The notes beneath the pieces are model-generated. The model was given only the letters and a program-made list of their open reading frames with translations. It was not told where the DNA came from and did no database searches. A stretch of DNA of 34,035 nucleotides. It comes from a virus. The stretch is taken from positions 1 through 34,035 of the IMG/VR virus record IMGVR_UViG_3300037461_001127. One strand, 5' to 3'. Positions 29,575-34,035 of this stretch are shown here, piece after piece. Position 1 is the stretch's first letter. Each line of letters opens with the position of its first letter. The position numbers were made by a program, and so were the translations under genes.

Positions 29575-30191
29575 AGCACGGAGGGTTCGGAGTTGTAGAG
29601 GCCGGCGTTACGCAGGATGCGCGCCGCCCGGGGGGCGAGGTACATCGGCGCCGTGCGGTTGTCGCCGGCGCCGTACTGCACCTGCAGGGCGCCGAGCACG
29701 ACGCCTTGCAGGGGTCCAAGCACGTCGTCCTCTTCGTCGCCCGCCATCCAGAACTCGACCTGCGCGCAGCAGGCGTCGCGGAAGGCGGCGATGATGTCGG
29801 CGTCGGTCGGCAGGTCGTCGGTGTCCGTGTCGTAGACCGCCGTGCGGCAGTAGTCGTCGAGGACCTCGGAGGCCCGCGTCAGCAGGCGATCGAGATCCTC
29901 GGGTGGGGCAATGGTGACGGCCGGGGCCGGCGTGCCGTAGCCCGAGCCGCCGCCGGTGATGGTCAGCAGCGAGACGACGCCGTTGGCCACGGTCGCCGTG
30001 GCGGTGGCGCGGACGCCCGTGGTGGGCGCCGCGATGATGACCGCCGGGGCGGTGAGGTAGCCGTAGCCGCCACCAGCGCCGATGGCGAGAGCCGTGACGG
30101 CCCCGCCGACCACGGTGGCTGTGGCCGTAGCGGTGATGTTGCTCGAGCCGCTGAAGGTGGCGTACTCGGCGCTGGTGGCGTAGGCGGTCAT
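29571..30191 (-). CDS. Head-tail connector (gp6-like) carrying a tandem 36-aa repeat insertion
   Basis: The N-terminal YATSAEYATFSG and C-terminal LDRLLTRASEVLDDYC... are typical of gp6-like connectors. Between them lie two copies of ATATATV..G.V....I..GG.GY...P.V.IA.P. Confidence 0.6.
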   Translation of the reverse strand: MTAYATSAEYATFSGSSNITATATATVVGGAVTALAIGAGGGYGYLTAPAVIIAAPTTGVRATATATVANGVVSLLTITGGGSGYGTPAPAVTIAPPEDLDRLLTRASEVLDDYCRTAVYDTDTDDLPTDADIIAAFRDACCAQVEFWMAGDEEDDVLGPLQGVVLGALQVQYGAGDNRTAPMYLAPRAARILRNAGLYNSEPSVL

Positions 30192-30192
30192 G

Positions 30193-30405
30193 TCAGCGCT
30201 TCTTCCTGGCGCTGCGCTTGGCCTTGGCCGCGGCCGGCTTCGGGATGTCCTCGGGCTCCGTCACAGGCTGCTCCGCCGGCGCCTCGGTCGCTATCTCTGC
30301 CTCGGCGTTGGCGATGCGGTACCAGGGAGGCCCGAACTTCGCCGGGTCCTCCTCGGGCACCGTGACCTGGACTCCGGTCAGCCCGTTCTGGTAGCGAGCG
30401 GCCAT
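30193..30405 (-). CDS. Hypothetical protein (basic C-terminus)
   Basis: 70 aa, tightly spaced in the head module. Confidence 0.5.
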   Translation of the reverse strand: MAARYQNGLTGVQVTVPEEDPAKFGPPWYRIANAEAEIATEAPAEQPVTEPEDIPKPAAAKAKRSARKKR

Positions 30406-30407
30406 GG

Positions 30408-30791
30408 TCAGACCGAGGGCAGCTGGACCCAGTACAGGAAGCCGGTCATCGACGCGGCGAAGGTGATGCGCAGCGTGCCGTTGTTCTGCAGGAAGCGCGC
30501 CGACTCGAGGCCGCCGATGATCTCGGCCGCGTAACTGGCGTCGCCGTCGGCGACGGAGACGCTCAGGTTGCCCTGGCCGGCCGAGTGCGCGGGCGGGTCG
30601 TCCCCGGCCAGGATGGTGACCGCCTTGGCGCCGTTGAAGGTGTTCTGGACGACCAGGAAGCCCTCCTCGAGAGGGCCTGCCGGCGTCACGACGGCCGTCT
30701 TGGCGGCGTCGATCGCGGTGCCGACGCCGGTGTCGATGGTGTAGTCGCCGGCCTTGGCCAGCTCGACGGTCGCGACTGCGAAATCAGTCAT
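30408..30791 (-). CDS. Hypothetical head-module protein (decoration candidate)
   Basis: 127 aa with a strong AAGGAG RBS, directly after the capsid gene. Confidence 0.55.
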   Translation of the reverse strand: MTDFAVATVELAKAGDYTIDTGVGTAIDAAKTAVVTPAGPLEEGFLVVQNTFNGAKAVTILAGDDPPAHSAGQGNLSVSVADGDASYAAEIIGGLESARFLQNNGTLRITFAASMTGFLYWVQLPSV

Positions 30792-30839
30792 GTCTCGTTG
30801 CTCCTTCGCTCTGGTTCAGGGTCAGGATCCGCGTCCGGC

Positions 30840-31688
30840 TCAGGTCACCGAGCAGAGCGTCATGCAGATGGCCGACGGGCGCGTGACCTTGGCGCCGTAG
30901 AGGTGGAGGCCCTTGAGCGCGTCGGAGAAGCTGCCCTCGGGACGCAGTGCCTCGACCTTGTCGATCTGGTCGGCGAAGGTGATGGCGCTCGGGTGACCGG
31001 AGTAGACGTACCAGTCGTCGCCCGTCGAGAGCGCGTAGTTGGCCTGCAGGATCTCGAAGCCGAGAGCGCGGCCGACGACGCCGTTGCGGAAACCGCTCTG
31101 GTCGGTCTTCGCGTCGTAGGCGATGAAGCGGTCGTCGAGCACGAGCAGGCTGTGGAACCAGCTCGGGACGATCGTGTAGCGGCCGTCCTGCGGCACGTTG
31201 TTCTCGTCGAGCAGCTGCTTGTGCGCGACGAGGCGCGCGACCGCGAGGGCGCTCGTGGTGATCGCCGTGGCGCCGACCTTGTTGCCGGAGTCGACGTCCG
31301 ACTCCATGATCGTCTGGACGTAGCTGTCGGCGTTCTCCGCCAGTCCTGCGCCGGCTTCGCGGGCCGCTTCGCTCATGAGGGCGCCGCCGTTGGCCGCCTG
31401 GGCCTTGTCGATGTCCTCGACCTTGAAGCCGAAGTAGTAGGACTGGTTGATGAGCAGGCTGCGCTGCGCGTCGGTGAGCTCCTCGAAGGTGATCGAGGTC
31501 GTCCCCGGCGTGTAGGCGGCGATCGTCGGGCGGCTGATCGAGGTGATCTTCACCGTGTCGCCGCCGCCGGTGATCTCGCCCTCGTAGTTGCGGTTGCAGA
31601 CGAGGGGCGAGCTGAACACGTTCGCCTTGAGGAAGGCGGCCTGGAGCTCCTTTGCCCAGACCTCGGACTGGAAGTTGGTGATCGCCAT
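30840..31688 (-). CDS. Major capsid protein
   Basis: 282 aa with a GAGGAG RBS, lying after the scaffold gene. The N-terminal NFQSEVWAKELQAAFLKANVF resembles P22-coat-like/HK97-fold capsid families, as I recall them. Confidence 0.8.
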   Translation of the reverse strand: MAITNFQSEVWAKELQAAFLKANVFSSPLVCNRNYEGEITGGGDTVKITSISRPTIAAYTPGTTSITFEELTDAQRSLLINQSYYFGFKVEDIDKAQAANGGALMSEAAREAGAGLAENADSYVQTIMESDVDSGNKVGATAITTSALAVARLVAHKQLLDENNVPQDGRYTIVPSWFHSLLVLDDRFIAYDAKTDQSGFRNGVVGRALGFEILQANYALSTGDDWYVYSGHPSAITFADQIDKVEALRPEGSFSDALKGLHLYGAKVTRPSAICMTLCSVT

Positions 31689-31749
31689 TACGGCTCTCCT
31701 CTTCTCGCGTTGACTGGTACGAGACGAGGGCCGCCTGGGCTCTCATCGA

Positions 31750-31768
31750 CCCCGGCGCCAGGCCGGGG
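31750..31768. other. Short G/C hairpin between the scaffold and capsid genes
   Basis: CCCCGGC-gccag-GCCGGGG. Confidence 0.4.
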
Positions 31769-31787
31769 GTGTCGGTCCTTTGTGCTG

Positions 31788-32438
31788 CTACTTCACGCCG
31801 AGGAGCTGGTTGAGGCGCCCCTCGGCCTTCGCCTTGACGACCTCGTCAGGGGTCATCGCCTTGACGTCCTCGGCCGTGAGCTGGCCGGCTGCCGGCGGCG
31901 TGGGCGGCAGCGGGCCACCGGAGCGCGCCGGGACGACCGGCGCGGCCTTGAGGGCGGGGTTCGCCTCGACGGCCGCCTTGATCGCCGTCTCGAGCTTGGC
32001 CGTGAAGTCCTCGGCGGCCGGGTCGATGGCGTCGAGCTGCGCCATGAAGCTGCGCGAGTCGGTGAGCGCCTCGGGCACGGCGCCGTGCTTGGCGGCCATG
32101 CGCAAGACGGCGTTCTCGACCTTCGCCTGCTTGGCCTCGGCGCGGGCGGCGTCACGCTCTTCGGCCGCCGTCTTGGCCGCCGCGGCGGGGTCGTCCGCCT
32201 CCTTGAGGCCGAGCGCCTTGGCGATCGCGTCGAGCGACGCCTGGTGCTCAGCGGCCACCGTGTTCGCCTTGGTGCGATGGGAGGCGGCCTCTTCGCGGGT
32301 GTCGCGGATGAGCTTCTGCGCCCAGGCCGGCAGAGACTCGACGGTCTCCGCCGCTGCCGCGCTCGTCGCCGGCGGGTCGACCGCGGGCGGCGTCTCGACG
32401 GCTGCCGGCTGCTCTGCTACCGCTGCTGCTTCTGACAT
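31788..32438 (-). CDS. Scaffolding protein
   Basis: 216 aa starting MSEAAAV. It is Ala/Glu/Lys-rich and helical and lies immediately upstream of the capsid gene. The N-terminal extension of the track ORF is rejected. Confidence 0.7.
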   Translation of the reverse strand: MSEAAAVAEQPAAVETPPAVDPPATSAAAAETVESLPAWAQKLIRDTREEAASHRTKANTVAAEHQASLDAIAKALGLKEADDPAAAAKTAAEERDAARAEAKQAKVENAVLRMAAKHGAVPEALTDSRSFMAQLDAIDPAAEDFTAKLETAIKAAVEANPALKAAPVVPARSGGPLPPTPPAAGQLTAEDVKAMTPDEVVKAKAEGRLNQLLGVK

Positions 32439-32538
32439 GTGACGGAACCTCCAGGGCTCATTCGTCTGCCGCGGCGCCGGGCCGCAGCTGCTGTCCGACC
32501 ATTCTGCAGCGAACGCACGACCGGAGCCGGGGCCATTT

Positions 32539-33582
32539 TCAGCGCGCCCCGAGACGTTCGCGATAGGGCTGCCTCTTGGCACTTGTGGTCGCGACGAGGT
32601 CGCGGATCTTCGCCTGGTAGGCGCGCGTCCTCGCCTTCGCCGCGGCGAGCGCCGCATCGTCCATGGCCGCGGCCTGCATGCGCTTACTGGCACGCACCTG
32701 GCGCTCGAGGTAGCGCAGCTTCGTGGTCGCCGCGTAGCCCTCGGGGTCGGCCGTGCCCTTCATCGGCGGCGTGACGCCGGGGATGAAAGCGCTGACCGAG
32801 TGCCGACAGTTCGTGTGCTGCAGGCCGGCGGCGTGGGCGTCGGCGAGCGACGGGTACCTCTGGTCGCGCCCCGAGAGCGAGAGCACCTTGCCCTCCCACG
32901 GCCGGCAGAGAGGGCACTCCCGCGGGGCGTCGCTGACGATCACGAGGTCGATGCCGTTCGCCTGCAGGCGGTCGACGTGGCCCTGCACGGCCGCCTTGCC
33001 GGTCCCGGTGCGCATCGCCATCTCGGTATACGAGGAGAGGTCCCAGCCGCGGCCGGCCTTGTCGACGAAGCCCGTGATGCCCTTCTCGGCGAAGCGGTCG
33101 AGCGCCGCCTGCGCGGCCTGCAGGCGCGTCTGCGTGCCGAGGAGGACCTGCTCCGCGGCCTCGGCGATGACGTCGCGGTAGGCATCGAGCGTCGAGCGCA
33201 GGATGCGAGCGTGCGTCGCACTGACGTAGCCCAGCGTCTCGGCCGTGAGCGCCTCGACGGCGCGCAGGCCGCCGAGCGCCTCGACCTCGGGACGTCCCGC
33301 CTTCGCGAGGTCGGCGACGGCCGAGAGGCCGCCACGCTCGTAGGCCTCGGCGATGGCCGTCTCGACGCCCGTGGCCGCCTGCGCCCTGAGGTCGCGCAGC
33401 AGGAGCTCGGCCTCGCGCCGGTACTCGGAGACCTGGGCGAGCTTCTCCGCCGCCCAGCCGGGCGAGTCCGCGCCCCGGGCCAGGCGCCGAGCGATGCGCG
33501 TGAGCAGCTGACGCTCGGCCTCGGCGTAGTGGGCGACGACCTCCGCCGCGAGCTCCTCGGCGTGGGCGGGTGAGACGGGCAT
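32539..33582 (-). CDS. Head morphogenesis protein (Mu F / SPP1 gp7-like minor capsid protein)
   Basis: CPLCRPWEGKV...HTNCRH is the characteristic MuF-family motif. ATG 33582 overlaps the stop of the 57-aa ORF (TGATG). Confidence 0.8.
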   Translation of the reverse strand: MPVSPAHAEELAAEVVAHYAEAERQLLTRIARRLARGADSPGWAAEKLAQVSEYRREAELLLRDLRAQAATGVETAIAEAYERGGLSAVADLAKAGRPEVEALGGLRAVEALTAETLGYVSATHARILRSTLDAYRDVIAEAAEQVLLGTQTRLQAAQAALDRFAEKGITGFVDKAGRGWDLSSYTEMAMRTGTGKAAVQGHVDRLQANGIDLVIVSDAPRECPLCRPWEGKVLSLSGRDQRYPSLADAHAAGLQHTNCRHSVSAFIPGVTPPMKGTADPEGYAATTKLRYLERQVRASKRMQAAAMDDAALAAAKARTRAYQAKIRDLVATTSAKRQPYRERLGAR

Positions 33583-33755
33583 CAGTTCGGACTGATCGGC
33601 AGCTTGATCACGTGCTTGCGCTTGCCGTCCTTCATAAGCCACGACCGGAACTCGAAGCGTCCCGGCGAGACGACCCACTTGCGTAGGGTGGTGAACTCCT
33701 CGACGGAGTCGCCCCGCACGCAGTCGAGCGTGATGAATCGGTCTTGCTTGCCCAT
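33582..33755 (-). CDS. Hypothetical 57-aa protein
   Basis: Hand translation is MGKQDRFITLDCVRGDSVEEFTTLRKWVVSPGRFEFRSWLMKDGKRKHVIKLPISPN. It is coupled on both sides and is too short for the ORF track. Confidence 0.55.
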   Translation of the reverse strand: MGKQDRFITLDCVRGDSVEEFTTLRKWVVSPGRFEFRSWLMKDGKRKHVIKLPISPN

Positions 33756-33756
33756 C

Positions 33757-33876
33757 TCAGTCGTCCGGCAGCTCGGCCACGAGCTCCTGCGTCCACACGC
33801 CGCAGAGCAGCGTCACGCGGATCCTGCCGTGGGTCCGTCCCTGCAGCCACATGCCGAAGGTCGTGACGAAGGCCAT
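33757..33876 (-). CDS. Hypothetical 39-aa protein
   Basis: Hand translation is MAFVTTFGMWLQGRTHGRIRVTLLCGVWTQELVAELPDD. Nearly every codon ends in G/C. TGATG overlap with the upstream ORF. Confidence 0.45.
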   Translation of the reverse strand: MAFVTTFGMWLQGRTHGRIRVTLLCGVWTQELVAELPDD

Positions 33877-34035
33877 CAGTCTGCCAGGGCCAAGCGCTTG
33901 GCTTCGTTGGCGGCACGAGTGGCGCGCCACTTCCTCACCTTGTCGCTCTCCAGCGATGCGTTCAGGCGGTCGATCAGGTCACCGACCTCTAGCTCTTCAC
34001 CATCTGGCCCAAGGATTTGGTTGTCGTCCTCCGAC
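33876..34035 (-). CDS. C-terminal part of the junction-spanning 66-aa ORF (see 1..168)
   Basis: The stop is TGA 33878..33876. 33909..34035 duplicates 1..127. Confidence 0.55.
   Translation of the reverse strand, partial: SEDDNQILGPDGEELEVGDLIDRLNASLESDKVRKWRATRAANEAKRLALAD
33909..34035. repeat. Terminal direct repeat, right copy (identical to 1..127)
   Basis: Same 127-nt string as 1..127. Confidence 0.95.

Larger units (their letters stand above)
1..34035. mobile_element. Complete temperate siphovirus-like phage genome (unit length 33,908 bp; window ends overlap by 127 bp)
   Basis: Full packaging, head, tail, lysis, recombination, replication and integration gene set in one continuous gene chain. 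The end overlap closes the circle. Integrase with an adjacent attP-like region is present. Confidence 0.85.

Noticed and set aside
33632-33916. 94-aa minus-strand ORF from the track.
   Set aside because: It is Arg/Ala/Ser-rich and out of frame with three tightly coupled small ORFs that have far better codon usage and protein-like sequence.
1-34035. CRISPR arrays, rRNA genes, transposases/IS elements, reverse transcriptase (retron/DGR), and toxin-antitoxin or named defence systems.
   Set aside because: No regularly spaced direct repeats, no rRNA-like stretches and no RT, transposase or recognisable defence-protein motifs were seen in any of the translations. Small unassigned ORFs cannot be classified without searches.

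Overview
The window reads as one complete, circularly closed genome of a temperate siphovirus-like (long non-contractile tail) phage from a high-G+C, probably actinobacterial, host. Bases 1..127 are identical to 33909..34035, which gives a unit length of 33,908 bp. All protein genes but one lie on the minus strand, densely packed and linked by many ATGA/GTGA/TGATG stop-start overlaps.

Gene order on the minus strand, in the direction of transcription:
- Early region: a Cro/Xis-like HTH gene (13119), small membrane and zinc-ribbon proteins, a PD-(D/E)XK exonuclease, RecT, HTH proteins, a primase-helicase, a RuvC-like resolvase and a tyrosine integrase (ends 3955).
- Candidate attP (3776..3954).
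- Packaging: Zn-ribbon/wHTH protein, small-terminase-like protein, TerL and portal.
- Across the window junction: three micro-ORFs, then a MuF-like protein, scaffold, major capsid and the head-tail connector set.
- Two unusual inserted structural genes: a His-repeat protein and a CBM-like (carbohydrate-binding-module-like) protein.
- Tail: tail terminator, major tail, G/G-T chaperones, tape measure and distal tail proteins, including a beta-helix tailspike.
- Lysis region: membrane protein, CHAP/NlpC peptidase, secreted SLT transglycosylase and a second beta-helix protein.
- Then a Zn-ribbon/wHTH paralog, an HNH endonuclease, an Xis-like HTH and a holin-like protein (ends 13712).

The only plus-strand gene is a lipoprotein (13274..13711), divergent from the early operon.

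No rRNA, complete tRNA, CRISPR array or transposase was seen. All functions come from motifs read in the supplied translations and from gene order; no similarity search was run.

The most interesting non-coding signals:
- A promoter-plus-terminator unit on the otherwise empty plus strand (12706..12803, candidate antisense/small RNA) in a genome with no recognisable CI-type repressor.
- A 28-nt element conserved 25/28 ahead of the packaging and lysis operons.
- Clustered TTGCCCAAA inverted repeats next to the primase-helicase gene.
- A tRNA-3'-end-like attP core with arm-type repeats.
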